Shown: positions 1-10,397, counted from the stretch's first letter. The stretch is 64,000 nucleotides of DNA from Promethearchaeati archaeon (GCA_013166775.1 JABLTJ010000007.1:128001-192000), one strand, 5' to 3'. Numbers and translations are program-made. Notes: a model not told the origin generated them from the sequence alone.

Positions 1-594
1 GCAACCCCTGATATCCAAGCAAGTATTCAATCATACGATTACACAGGTCTTATAGCAATTTTGTGCTCTCTTCTAGCTGCTACTCTATGGGGAGGGTCCA
101 CAGTATTCGGTCGAATATTAACAAAAAAAGTGGATTTCTGGGATCTTACTTTGCTAAGATATATGGGTGGTTTCATTTTTCTGGTTGTATTTAATGTGGT
201 ATTGTTCACATATAATGGTGAATATTTCAGAATGTTAGCTGAAAATGTCACTATTTTTAAAGCAGATTGGGGATGGCAATTACCAATCGGTGTGTGCATA
301 ATCTATTTTGCTCTCTTGACAGGTGGAGTTCTTCCTCTTGCACTCTACTACTTTGGACTTAAAAGAACAAGCGCAGCAGTTGCTGGAATAGCAGAATTAG
401 CTTTTCCTTTATTAGCAATATTTGTAAACTGGTATTTCCTAGGATGGGAATTAAACAGATTCCAAGCAATAGGAGCAGGAATTCTCTTTGCAGCAGTTTC
501 AGTTCTTTCGTTTGTGAATGCAAGAGAAATGGAAAAGAAGAAGAAGCTAAATAAAGAGAAAGTAGAAGAAGAAGAAACTACGAAAACTGAATAG
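1..594 (+). CDS. EamA/DMT family transporter (5' partial)
   Basis: Frame open from base 1; multiple TM helices; DMT-like motifs LWGGSTVFGR and LYYFGLKRTSAAVAGIAELAFP. Confidence 0.8.
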   Translation, partial: ATPDIQASIQSYDYTGLIAILCSLLAATLWGGSTVFGRILTKKVDFWDLTLLRYMGGFIFLVVFNVVLFTYNGEYFRMLAENVTIFKADWGWQLPIGVCIIYFALLTGGVLPLALYYFGLKRTSAAVAGIAELAFPLLAIFVNWYFLGWELNRFQAIGAGILFAAVSVLSFVNAREMEKKKKLNKEKVEEEETTKTE

Positions 595-690
595 TTTTTC
601 TTACGAATTCATCTGTTCATTTCTTTCTGAATACTGGTATATCTTTATTCTTCGACTAATTCACTTATAAAAAAGGAAGATACTTAGGTC

Positions 691-963
691 ATGAAATCGA
701 TATATAAGAAAAATCACATAAAAAATGAAATAGTAAATTCGTTCCAGACATTGAAAGAGTACTTCAAAATTCATTCTAACGATGATGAAATCCTATATAC
801 TATAATTCAACAATTAGCTGAAACAATAGCTAATTCTGAATATTCTTACACTGATACTAAAAGCAAAAAAATATATGAAAATTATCTGTTGAATGACCAA
901 GTAAAAAAACATGAAGAAAAAGCTCTCTATGAGATTATGCTTCATAGAGGCGCTCTTTCATAA
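691..963 (+). CDS. hypothetical protein (90 aa)
   Basis: ATG ORF with upstream TATA-like TTATAAAA; no recognisable motif. Confidence 0.5.
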   Translation: MKSIYKKNHIKNEIVNSFQTLKEYFKIHSNDDEILYTIIQQLAETIANSEYSYTDTKSKKIYENYLLNDQVKKHEEKALYEIMLHRGALS

Positions 964-991
964 TTTTTATTCCATTTAATAACTCAGAGAG

Positions 992-1807
992 TTACTTTAG
1001 TTCTTCAAGTCCGAATCCATTTTCGATTAGTTCAGCAAATCTAGATACAAAACGTGTTGCAGGAGCACCATCAACTATTTTGTGATCTATTTGTATGGAA
1101 ATGTTAAGAAAATCATGATTAACTAGTTTACCTTTATCAAGAATTGGTTTCTTCTTTATTCCTCCAACTGCTAAATTTAATGTATTAGAACTGAAAGGTA
1201 AAGCCCAACCAGAAAGATTCTTTCCAAACATTCCAAGTGCAGTAACACTAACTGTACCTGCATTTTCAATAAAAAACCTAGTATTGCTTAACGTTCTTCT
1301 AATTATCATTTTTCTTATAAATTTTGGAATGATTGGATACAGTTTTACTAGAAATCTTGATGTTCCCTCTACAAATTGATCTCTTTCCTCTATCTTCCTT
1401 TCCTGAACAGAACGAATCTCGTTAGTTATATCTATAACTGATTTATTCTGAGCTTCCCTGATAACATAGGTAATAGGAACTTTTTTACCATCCGAGGAGG
1501 TTCTTTCTATAATAGTACTAACATGAACATCATCTAAGGTTATGATTTTTCTTTTTCCCCATCTATAAGAATGAACTTCTTTATTTTCGAAAACAGCTTG
1601 TGCAACACATCTAATCAACCAACCAGTGAAGGATATTTTTACATCTGTTTTTTTCTCAAAATTCGCTATTTCGGTTCGTGCTTTATTTACATCTAGCTCA
1701 ATAAGACCAATCATCTGAGACTTACTAGCAGTTTCATCATAAATTTCGCTTAATATCCTTCTAACTGCTGAGAATGATTTAATTTCATAATCTCCTAAAG
1801 AAAACAT
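992..1807 (-). CDS. stand-alone 2-oxoacid dehydrogenase acyltransferase (E2) catalytic-domain protein
   Basis: DHKIVDGAPA (HxxxDG) motif and GTVSVTALG; no lipoyl domain. Confidence 0.8.
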   Translation of the reverse strand: MFSLGDYEIKSFSAVRRILSEIYDETASKSQMIGLIELDVNKARTEIANFEKKTDVKISFTGWLIRCVAQAVFENKEVHSYRWGKRKIITLDDVHVSTIIERTSSDGKKVPITYVIREAQNKSVIDITNEIRSVQERKIEERDQFVEGTSRFLVKLYPIIPKFIRKMIIRRTLSNTRFFIENAGTVSVTALGMFGKNLSGWALPFSSNTLNLAVGGIKKKPILDKGKLVNHDFLNISIQIDHKIVDGAPATRFVSRFAELIENGFGLEELK

Positions 1808-1897
1808 AATCTAGAAGTTCTTTGAAAAAATATAAGTATTGTTAATCACAATAATTCGTCTATCTCTTGGCAATTAATATCTTTTTCTTAGTGTTTG

Positions 1898-2833
1898 CTA
1901 ATATTGTTCTAGCCACATATTTTGAGTTAACTCTGATAATCTATCACACTCTTCATCTTCAAGCTGAAAGGCTGTTGCACTTATATTGCCTTCAACTTGT
2001 TCAATATTCTTTGCACCAGGAATTGGTATAATATCTTTCTTAAGTATCCAATTTAATGCAATTTGAGCTGGTTTAACGTGGTATTTCTCTGCTAAAACTC
2101 TCATTAATTTAAATAATGGTCTGGTTTTAGCAAAGTTCTCTTTTACTTGAAACAAAGCTATTCTATTCCTAAAATCATTCTTTTTAAACTCACTTTGTTC
2201 ATTATAATTTGTTGTTAGAAAACCACTTTCTAGAGGACCCCATGCAGTTATATGAATCCCTTGCTTTCGAGAAAATGGTAAGATCTCTTGTTCTATACTT
2301 CTGTTGATTAAGCTGTAATTCAGTTGATTAGTAATGATTTCTCCTTTTTCTAAATAATTCTGTAATTCTTCAACTAAAGGATTATGATAATTTGAGACTC
2401 CTGCATATCTTACTTTACCTTCTTCTATCAGCTCATCTAGAGCTTTCGCAGTTTCATACAGAGGATAATAACACCAAGGAAAATGTAAAAGATATACATC
2501 TATATAATCTGTCTGAAGTCTTTCCAAACTATTACTGCAAGCTTTCTTAATTTCATGATAACCGCAATGTGGTGGACTAGCTTTAGTTTCAATAATGATA
2601 TCTTCGCGATCCCCTCTCTCTTTTATAATCTCACCAATATATTTTTCACATAATCCACCTGCATACTCTTCTGCAGTATCAAGGAAATTTATTCCATTAT
2701 CAAGAGCATAATTGAGGATCTTTTTAATTTCATTAAAATTTTGAATACCTTTAGTAGGATGACCGAAAGTCAGAGTACCAAGACCTATTTCTGATACTTC
2801 TAAATCAGATTTTCCGAATCTTATTTTTCTCAT
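1898..2833 (-). CDS. aldo/keto reductase
   Basis: VSEIGLGT, FLDTAEEY, SLERLQTDYIDVYLLH, GVSN, IPIPGAK; likely start MRKIRFG at 2833. Confidence 0.92.
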   Translation of the reverse strand: MRKIRFGKSDLEVSEIGLGTLTFGHPTKGIQNFNEIKKILNYALDNGINFLDTAEEYAGGLCEKYIGEIIKERGDREDIIIETKASPPHCGYHEIKKACSNSLERLQTDYIDVYLLHFPWCYYPLYETAKALDELIEEGKVRYAGVSNYHNPLVEELQNYLEKGEIITNQLNYSLINRSIEQEILPFSRKQGIHITAWGPLESGFLTTNYNEQSEFKKNDFRNRIALFQVKENFAKTRPLFKLMRVLAEKYHVKPAQIALNWILKKDIIPIPGAKNIEQVEGNISATAFQLEDEECDRLSELTQNMWLEQY

Positions 2834-2869
2834 GATTATTAAAGAAAATACGTTTAAGTACTCTTTTAA

Positions 2870-3376
2870 ACTTATTGGAGAATTTGCTATCAAGCTATTA
2901 TATCATGATGAAGAGAAAGCTCAGAGAAAGATGGCTACATTAGATCTGTTAACATCTTATGGATTTAGAGCACCAAAACCAATTAAAACAATCAAAAATG
3001 AATATTATGCTATCTATAAAACCAATATCCCTTATAGTTACATCATTTATTCAAGGAAAACCAATAGCTTACAGGGAAACAGGAGAACATCTCAAACACA
3101 TGGAGTTTTTTGGAAAACAAATAGGATTATATCACCGAATCTCAATTTTCAATTGAAGAGTTGAAAGCGATTCCCCTGTTTTACCAAGCTAGAGAATATG
3201 TACAATTCTTTTATTTTGCATGGAGAAGTTATCATAAACTTACTCATGGACTAGATGAAAGTGAAACAAATATGCAAGGATTCGTGGAGGCAATAAAAGG
3301 AGTTGAAAAAGCAGCTGAAGTAAAAAAAGATTACTTCTATGAATTAGCAGAAGAAGCTTTGGAAGAAGAAAAATGA
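2870..3376 (+). pseudogene. fragmented phosphotransferase (type II homoserine kinase/APH-like) remnant
   Basis: Three short ORFs in different frames give kinase N-lobe-like segments (GFRAPKPIKT; VTSFIQGKPI...FFGKQIGLYHRIS) and a C-terminal helix; HGD/DF catalytic motifs are missing. Confidence 0.5.
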
Positions 3377-3383
3377 AAAATAT

Positions 3384-4175
3384 TTACTTAGGTTTTTTGT
3401 ATCCATAATACCAGAGTTTCTCTAAAGTGTCGATTAGTTGTATATACTGTTCCCTTCGTTCCTTTTCAACATTCATTTCAAATGGAATTTTGTGAGCTTT
3501 TGAATAATAATTTAGATAATTACTATCAAAGCAGGGTAATTCTGGTCTAAAATATTCCCAGTCTATCAACATAAGTTTCTTTTCTTGAAATAGAAGATTA
3601 GGTGGAACTAAATCTCCATGAATATAAGTTAGATCTTCTTCGTTGGAATCTAATATCTTCTCATGCTTTTTTGTTATTTTCTTTAATTCTTCTATCAATT
3701 CAGAGGGATAATTTTTTGGAGAATTTTCATACTCTTCTATCAATCGATCATAGAAGTTCATAACATCTTGTTTTAAAGGAGAATTAGCTGTTCTAGCTTT
3801 ATCATGTATATGAGCTAAGGTTTTTTCTAGTAATTCTTTCTTTTCTTGATCTAAATCCATTTTCAAGAATTCTTTTCCTTGAACATATTCATAAACAATG
3901 ATATTAGAATTACTAAACCAAATTATATCAGGAGCTATATCTCCTCCAAACATTTCTAAGGCTTGCTTTTCCCTCTCAAAACGAAGAGCTGGAGGGATGA
4001 TATCTTCATTTCCATAAACTTTGCAAACAGCTAAGGGTTTCTGGGATTTTGTAGTAATTAGATATTTAGTATTAGTGAATCCTTTATCTAGCTTTGACCA
4101 AATTAATTCTGGCATGAAGTTATATTTTTTCATTACTTCAACTTCAATTTCCAATTTCAGGGAATCATTAATCAT
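3384..4175 (-). CDS. choline/aminoglycoside kinase-fold phosphotransferase, candidate thiamine kinase
   Basis: HGDLVPPN and LIDWEY motifs; ATGA overlap with the thiamine ABC ATPase stop. Confidence 0.75.
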   Translation of the reverse strand: MINDSLKLEIEVEVMKKYNFMPELIWSKLDKGFTNTKYLITTKSQKPLAVCKVYGNEDIIPPALRFEREKQALEMFGGDIAPDIIWFSNSNIIVYEYVQGKEFLKMDLDQEKKELLEKTLAHIHDKARTANSPLKQDVMNFYDRLIEEYENSPKNYPSELIEELKKITKKHEKILDSNEEDLTYIHGDLVPPNLLFQEKKLMLIDWEYFRPELPCFDSNYLNYYSKAHKIPFEMNVEKERREQYIQLIDTLEKLWYYGYKKPK

Positions 4176-5257
4176 AGTATTCGAATCTCCAGGGGATCTA
4201 CATAAAGGAAAATTTCTTGATTTGGAGATATTTCAGCAGTAATTAAAGTTTTTTCTACATCGATTTTAGCATATTCTATGGTGTTTGAAACAATTTCTAC
4301 TATAATTCTATCCGTTTTTTCATCAATTTGAATGACTGATTTAATGTATCCCTTGACAGAAAATAATTCTTCTTCTTCAGGAATTTCATTGGGATTAAAA
4401 CATATTTTGAAGCTTGCAGGTGTGATATTAATGCCAGTGACTTTTCTTTGAATTTTAGTAGGGATGCTAATTTTTCCTAGATTAGTAGATAGAATAGTTG
4501 CATTCGATTCTTCCTCAATGAAATCAACAGACCAGATGTTAGGTGTTCCCATAATTTTTGCAATTAGGTAGTTTTGGGGAGAAGAATCAATATCAACAAC
4601 GTTTCCTATTTGCTGAATCTTTCCATCATACATAATTCCGACTCTATCGCTGATTAAACGTGCCTCTTCTTGATTATGAGTTACATATAAAGCAGTAGTC
4701 TCTGTTTCTTTCTGAATTCGTCTAATAGTTAAAGCAAGTTCTTCTCTTCCCATAGCATCTATACTGGAAAGGGGTTCATCTAATAGAAGAAGATGGGGTT
4801 CAATAGCCATTGCTCGAGCAAGGGCTACTTTTTGCTTTTGACCTCCGCTTATTTGACTGGGATACCGTTCCATTAATTCCTCTAGATGAGCAAGGTTAGA
4901 AATCCATTGGATTTTTTCTTCTATTTCTTCTTTAGATAGTTTTTGAGATTCTAATCCAAAGGAAATATTCTTCTTTACAGTCATATGTGGGAAAAGAACT
5001 TGAGCCTGAGGAACATATCCTATTTTTCTCCGTTGTGAAGATAAATGTGTTACATCAGAATTATCCATCAATATTTTTCCCTTTTCAGGTTCAATTATAC
5101 CCGCAACTATTTTGAGAAGTGTGGTTTTTCCACATCCACTTTCCCCCAATAGCACCAGTAGTTCTCCGTGTTCGACGTCAAGGTTAAGATCCTCTAAAAT
5201 GTATTTTTTTTCATACTTCATTGAAATATCTTCAAGTTTCAAGCTAACCATTTTCAC
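4172..5257 (-). CDS. thiQ: thiamine ABC transporter ATP-binding protein
   Basis: Walker A GESGCGKT, ISGGQKQ, LLLLDEP, VTHNQEEA; operon context. Confidence 0.8.
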   Translation of the reverse strand: MKMVSLKLEDISMKYEKKYILEDLNLDVEHGELLVLLGESGCGKTTLLKIVAGIIEPEKGKILMDNSDVTHLSSQRRKIGYVPQAQVLFPHMTVKKNISFGLESQKLSKEEIEEKIQWISNLAHLEELMERYPSQISGGQKQKVALARAMAIEPHLLLLDEPLSSIDAMGREELALTIRRIQKETETTALYVTHNQEEARLISDRVGIMYDGKIQQIGNVVDIDSSPQNYLIAKIMGTPNIWSVDFIEEESNATILSTNLGKISIPTKIQRKVTGINITPASFKICFNPNEIPEEEELFSVKGYIKSVIQIDEKTDRIIVEIVSNTIEYAKIDVEKTLITAEISPNQEIFLYVDPLEIRIL

Positions 5258-7005
5258 ACCTTCAATTCAACTTCTCCAATCTTCTGGATAATTAGAAAAC
5301 AAAGCACAGTAATTATAATCAAGATACTAGCCATAGTTGCTGGTAATTGTAATGTTTGTGAGGTTATTAATTTTGATATTCCTATCGATAATGTACCGAA
5401 AACATCTCTTACTAAGAAATTAGTTGCACCAAATTCTCCTAGACTTATTGCAAAAGAAAAAATCCCTCCAACTAATATTCCTCTCATCATCATAGGTAAT
5501 TCGATTTTCCTGAAAATTCTTAGTCTGGAAGCCCCTAAGGTTGATGCTACATTTAGCAATTCGATATCTATCCTATTATAAGCAGATAATATTGATCTAG
5601 TTGCAAAAGGTACACTGATCAAAACATGTGATAGAATAATAAAAAGCCAAACAGCAGATTGGTAAATTTCTGTATTTCGATATTGAAGAAATAAACCTAT
5701 TGCTAATGTTATAGAAGATGTAGCCATAGGGAGAATAATCATGTATGAAATGAGACCTTCTGCTAGAGGTCTCCTGTATTTTCTCAAGCTCTCATATCTA
5801 TTACGTAAAACAAGTACAATCAGCAAAGATAGAACAAGAGTAATTACAGTAGCAACAACTGCAAACAGAAGCGTGTTGAGTAATAATCTTAAAGGTGAAT
5901 TGTTTAAGATATTCATATATTCGTTTGACAATAATTGTTTGTATCCCCAAAGAGATGAAACTCCTTCAGAAAAAGGCATGAAAGATTCAATTATTACAGC
6001 AAAAATTGGAGCGAAAGTAAACAAACCTATGAGTATAATTAAAAGAATAATTCCTGTAGTTCTTAGATTAGTTTTCCATTTTCTTTTTGAGAATCTAAGT
6101 TTAGTTTTTTGCAAGCCTTTTTCCTTTCCTGATGCCATTTGACGGGTTCTTCTCTCAAACCAAAGATAAAGAATTATGATTAAGGTGTTAATTAATAACT
6201 GAATTATTACTAATGAAGCTCCACCTGAAAAATTTAAAGAATCCTTCATCTGTTTGAATATCCTTACTTCAAGTGTTTGAAATCTTGCTTCCCCCAAAAA
6301 CAAAACAATGGCGAAACTATTGAACGTATAAACAAAAACAAGTAGAGCTGCAGAAATGATGTAGTTAATTATCTGTGGAAATATAATCTTTCTAAAGATT
6401 CTCCAATTATTTGCACCTAGAGATCTTGCTACTTCAATTTGATCAAAGTCCAAGCTTTCCCAAGCTGGGATTGTCATTCTTATAATAACGGATAGATTGT
6501 AGAAAACATGTGCAAATATAATTCCTTCATAGGTTCCGAATATTGAAATGAGAGAGTTCTCTGTACTGAATATATTTCTCCAAATAACATTGACCCACCC
6601 ACCTTCTCCATATGCAACAATGAATCCTAATAACACAACTATTGGGGGAAGAACAAATGGAACTGTTAGAAGATTGATTATGATTTTTCTTCCTTTAAAA
6701 TCATATTTTGCAAAGAAGTAGCTAGCTGGTACTCCTATAATCAGGCAAAAAACTGTTGAAAGTAATGCTTGAGCTAATGTGTCCCTTGCTAGAAAAATCA
6801 GATTTGTTGTATTTGAAATTGTAGAAAAAAACATGCTGAAAGAGAACTGTGAATCAGTATAAAACGCATATTGTAATATACGGAACAGAGGAATAAAAAA
6901 TAACGATAGAAGAAAAGTCCCTAATATAATTACTGCAAGAAGAATAATAAATGAATTTGTGAATTCATCTCTTGAGTACTTCTCTTTAAATTTATTCAAT
7001 ATCAT
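5254..7005 (-). CDS. thiP: thiamine ABC transporter permease (duplicated BPD domain)
   Basis: Two EAA-like loops (EVARSLGA, NVASTLGA), PFVLP and SLGEFGAT motifs. Confidence 0.85.
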   Translation of the reverse strand: MILNKFKEKYSRDEFTNSFIILLAVIILGTFLLSLFFIPLFRILQYAFYTDSQFSFSMFFSTISNTTNLIFLARDTLAQALLSTVFCLIIGVPASYFFAKYDFKGRKIIINLLTVPFVLPPIVVLLGFIVAYGEGGWVNVIWRNIFSTENSLISIFGTYEGIIFAHVFYNLSVIIRMTIPAWESLDFDQIEVARSLGANNWRIFRKIIFPQIINYIISAALLVFVYTFNSFAIVLFLGEARFQTLEVRIFKQMKDSLNFSGGASLVIIQLLINTLIIILYLWFERRTRQMASGKEKGLQKTKLRFSKRKWKTNLRTTGIILLIILIGLFTFAPIFAVIIESFMPFSEGVSSLWGYKQLLSNEYMNILNNSPLRLLLNTLLFAVVATVITLVLSLLIVLVLRNRYESLRKYRRPLAEGLISYMIILPMATSSITLAIGLFLQYRNTEIYQSAVWLFIILSHVLISVPFATRSILSAYNRIDIELLNVASTLGASRLRIFRKIELPMMMRGILVGGIFSFAISLGEFGATNFLVRDVFGTLSIGISKLITSQTLQLPATMASILIIITVLCFLIIQKIGEVELKV

Positions 7006-7029
7006 TTACTTTTCTGCCTACTTCGATTC

Positions 7030-8244
7030 TTATTTTCTTCGTTTTATCAAACTGTAGCTGGTTGCTGCGAAAATCAATGATACAATCAATGCGAATAAAG
7101 AACTGAATGGAGCAATCTCTGCTTCCCAATCACTTTTCCAATCTTCTAAATTTTCCTCTATCATTGACGGTTGAAGGAGATCATTAAGGATATCAACATC
7201 ATTAGGATTTATTGCAATTTCAGAAAAGCATGTTGATATATCAGCATTTATGTTTGCTGGATACATCCAATTATTAGTTGCTATATTATCTTGAAGATCA
7301 GTACTCAAGAACCAATCAATAAACTGTTTTGCAATATTTTCATGAGGAGCATTCTTTACAAGTCCTATCCCTTCTATTTGTAACCAAGCATTTTTCATCT
7401 CTTCTTCATGCGAAACAGTTGCTTTTGATGGGGGTGAATTACCAAATCCAACACCCCATAAAGGATGACAAACATCATAAGCAGGACTTGTTCCATATGA
7501 AACCATTATTGGACGATTTTCTTCCTCTGTAGCATATAAGTCAAAAGCTGCTCCCCAACTAGAAGCTATTCTTATATCATCTGAAGCTTCCTTCCACCAA
7601 TCTCTCCAATCTTCAGCTAAAAGACCATCAAAATTAATCTCAGGATCTCCATAAACAGCTATAGTCCAAAGAAGAAAACCCAATCCCGGAGAGCTGAGTG
7701 TAGGATCTTCTACAATCAATAATTCATCGAGATTGAAATCTAAAATATCTTGAAGTGTAAGAGAAGTTAATTCAGGATTTGAAGAATCATTGATTCTACT
7801 TCTATCATACCATAGTGCGATTATTCCGTAATCATAAGGAACAACATATTTTTCAGGATCTAAATTTGTTATAAGATCAGAACTGATATTTTCAAGTATT
7901 GTGGGGGAATAAGGTTTGAGTATACCTTCGCTCTTTGCAGTATGAATGAGAACATTATCAATGCCTATAAGTATGTCAGCATTTGGATTGTCTTTTTCCA
8001 ATACAGCTTGTGTTACTACTGTGTTTGCATCATCTAATAAAACAAGACGGATATTTTCCACAGGTACTCCACTATAATTTGAAAAGCCTTCAACAAAATC
8101 GTATCCTGGATCTGCTAAAAGAGATTCATAAGTGTAAATTACTAATTCATAGCTTTGAGCATTCACAGATACCATTGAGGTTTGAGGGCTCAAAATAAAT
8201 ATGAAAAGAACCAAGAATATAGTTGTTAATACTAGTTTTCTCAT
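7030..8244 (-). CDS. thiB: thiamine ABC transporter substrate-binding protein with C-terminal membrane anchor
   Basis: LVIYTYES, ADILIGIDN, EDPTLSSPGLGF, VSYGTSP, QIEG, NWMYP motifs typical of ThiB/TbpA. Confidence 0.88.
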   Translation of the reverse strand: MRKLVLTTIFLVLFIFILSPQTSMVSVNAQSYELVIYTYESLLADPGYDFVEGFSNYSGVPVENIRLVLLDDANTVVTQAVLEKDNPNADILIGIDNVLIHTAKSEGILKPYSPTILENISSDLITNLDPEKYVVPYDYGIIALWYDRSRINDSSNPELTSLTLQDILDFNLDELLIVEDPTLSSPGLGFLLWTIAVYGDPEINFDGLLAEDWRDWWKEASDDIRIASSWGAAFDLYATEEENRPIMVSYGTSPAYDVCHPLWGVGFGNSPPSKATVSHEEEMKNAWLQIEGIGLVKNAPHENIAKQFIDWFLSTDLQDNIATNNWMYPANINADISTCFSEIAINPNDVDILNDLLQPSMIEENLEDWKSDWEAEIAPFSSLFALIVSLIFAATSYSLIKRRK

Positions 8245-8292
8245 TAGTTTCAAAAAAAAGTACAACGATAGAGAATTTAAATTTTAGTATAG

Positions 8293-9132
8293 CTATATAG
8301 GAGACCTATTATCTAGAATTGCTTTGATTTCCTTGACTGATTTCTCTTTACTCAATTCAGTTAAACATTCATCCCAATTCAAATCAAGAGCTGTAATTTC
8401 TTCATAGGGAATATTTGATTTCTGAAGATTCTTTTGTAAGCTAGATTTGTTCTTAATACTGATAGTCCATTTAATTGAAGACTGATATTTTCGTATCCAA
8501 AGCAGTAGAGATGACATTGTGCGCGAAGACCCAAATTCAGGAGAGCTTACATTCACTATTGTTCCTTTCACTTTGATAATTCTACCAGGGAAACTAGCAA
8601 CATCGTCCAGATCCTTAGCATTTTCATCACAAGCTGCTAACTGGGACCCGATCTCAGGAATCCATTCATAGAAATTTTCTATTTCTTTAAGATTCATCAA
8701 GGATTCTTCTAAATGACCAAGAATTGCAGATCTTACTTCCATCGAAGGTAATTCATCAAATCCAAAACAAATATCACAGTTTTTGTAGAGTATTAACTGT
8801 GGAAGAGTTTTCTTATGTATAGAACAAATCGATCCATTTACTCTAAGTGATTTACATTTTGTACAAACGGTTCTCATTACAATATCAATTTCATCTCTAG
8901 ATGATAACATATTAGAAATACTTAGGGAAAGTGCATCTAGGTGATGATTTATTTTTTCGTTTCCAGTATCCACAATTTTCTTCTGAAGATAGGAAACAAC
9001 CACAGGTTGCTTTACACCTAGAAGCTGAGAAATCTCGTTTTGTGATCTTCCTTTATCTCTAAGTTGATGAGCAATTCTTATCCTCAATCCTGGTAAAAAT
9101 GATTTTGCAATAAATTCACACGGGAATCTCAT
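8293..9132 (-). CDS. thiR: ThiR-like regulator (HTH + ThiN thiamine-phosphate-binding domain), C-terminus apparently short
   Basis: MRFPCE...LPGLR...SQNEISQLLGVKQPVV HTH; IPEIGSQ, DVASFPGRI and PEFGSS ThiN motifs; upstream of thiBPQ. Confidence 0.75.
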   Translation of the reverse strand: MRFPCEFIAKSFLPGLRIRIAHQLRDKGRSQNEISQLLGVKQPVVVSYLQKKIVDTGNEKINHHLDALSLSISNMLSSRDEIDIVMRTVCTKCKSLRVNGSICSIHKKTLPQLILYKNCDICFGFDELPSMEVRSAILGHLEESLMNLKEIENFYEWIPEIGSQLAACDENAKDLDDVASFPGRIIKVKGTIVNVSSPEFGSSRTMSSLLLWIRKYQSSIKWTISIKNKSSLQKNLQKSNIPYEEITALDLNWDECLTELSKEKSVKEIKAILDNRSPI

Positions 9133-9262
9133 AATAATCACAATATGTGCACTATATATCCCACCTATTTCTAATAAAAAAGTTTCTAATCACATTTGCA
9201 TAAAGAAACTTTGATTCAATGAGAAAAGATTATAAAATAGAATTCTTCAATTATATCATATC

Positions 9263-9379
9263 ATGATAGGTCCGATTACTAAAGCATCTCTTTTATCATT
9301 AGCATTTTTACTTATCAATACCATCATTACTTATGTTGTAGTGAGGATGTTAAAATACACAGATAGGAAGATTGATTGA
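9263..9379 (+). CDS. putative 38-aa single-TM peptide
   Basis: MIGPITKASLLSLAFLLINTIITYVVVRMLKYTDRKID; TTATAAA ~30 bp upstream. Confidence 0.35.
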   Translation: MIGPITKASLLSLAFLLINTIITYVVVRMLKYTDRKID

Positions 9380-9489
9380 ATCAACTAAAAATCTATAATT
9401 TTAAATTTGTTAAGTAGCAAATTCTTTAAGAAAAAGATAAATAATCACCTAAATACTTAAACATATTAGAAAATAAATGGTTGTTAACA

Positions 9490-10392
9490 ATGTCCTCGAA
9501 TGAGAACCCAGCTGAAGAAAAACGTTGGTATATGGATCGTATCTTTAAATTAGCTCAAGATAGAAGATACACCACAGCTGTAGATGTCTGGGCGATTATT
9601 CTTGATGCTGTCTTTTCTAAAAGAACCTATCATAATCTTGATGGGAAGGATATGATAGGAATAACTGCAAGTGATATAGCAACAATCCTTAACATGCATT
9701 TGAGTTCAGTCTATCACAATCTAAAGATCCTTCAAGCAAAAGACGTTGATTTACTTGCAACTGAAAATCTGATAGGTTACAACGAAAAGGGAAGAAGAAT
9801 TACACAAAAAGTTTTCAGTATTCCACAGGTATATTATACTGAATATAGAAAAATCTATGAGGATCTTCAAGATTCAGGATTCTTTCCCCCACATAAAGAA
9901 TTCACTTTCTTCAATCTACTGAAAATAAGAGGAATTTTATCTCATTATGCAGCTCTTATGAATAAGGATAGAATTTTGATTAAAGAAGATTCTACAGAAA
10001 TTCATGATTGGTATAGGCAATGGTTAAATCCTCTCAAGTTGAGTCACACTAATGTTACTCCAGGAGTAATTTACAGATTTAAAAAGAAAGATATGTTAAG
10101 AATCCTCACAATTATTACTGAATTATTAGAAGAAAATAAAGATGAGTACACAGATGAAGATGAAGCGCGTGGGGAAATGCCCGTACTTTTTTCATATCTA
10201 CTATTCATGCCCTATACAGAAGATATGATGGAAAATGAATGGTTAAATAGAGAAGAATTTGAAGAAAGAATACAAGAATTATCTGAGAAACTTGAATATG
10301 AAAAGGATTTAGCAGAATGCGAAAAAGATCATGAAACATTTTTCAAATATGGTCTTTCATGTCCAATATGTGGAAAAAAAGCTGAAACATGA
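9490..10392 (+). CDS. winged-helix (ArsR-like) protein with C-terminal Cys/His zinc-finger-like motif
   Basis: TASDIATILNMHLSSVYHNLKIL HTH; C-x3-H-x9-CPIC near the C-terminus. Confidence 0.65.
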   Translation: MSSNENPAEEKRWYMDRIFKLAQDRRYTTAVDVWAIILDAVFSKRTYHNLDGKDMIGITASDIATILNMHLSSVYHNLKILQAKDVDLLATENLIGYNEKGRRITQKVFSIPQVYYTEYRKIYEDLQDSGFFPPHKEFTFFNLLKIRGILSHYAALMNKDRILIKEDSTEIHDWYRQWLNPLKLSHTNVTPGVIYRFKKKDMLRILTIITELLEENKDEYTDEDEARGEMPVLFSYLLFMPYTEDMMENEWLNREEFEERIQELSEKLEYEKDLAECEKDHETFFKYGLSCPICGKKAET

Positions 10393-10397
10393 GCATT

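Noticed and set aside
8245-8293. TPP riboswitch upstream of thiB
   Set aside because: The gap is too short and AT-rich, with no CTGAGA/riboswitch core; regulation is better explained by ThiR.
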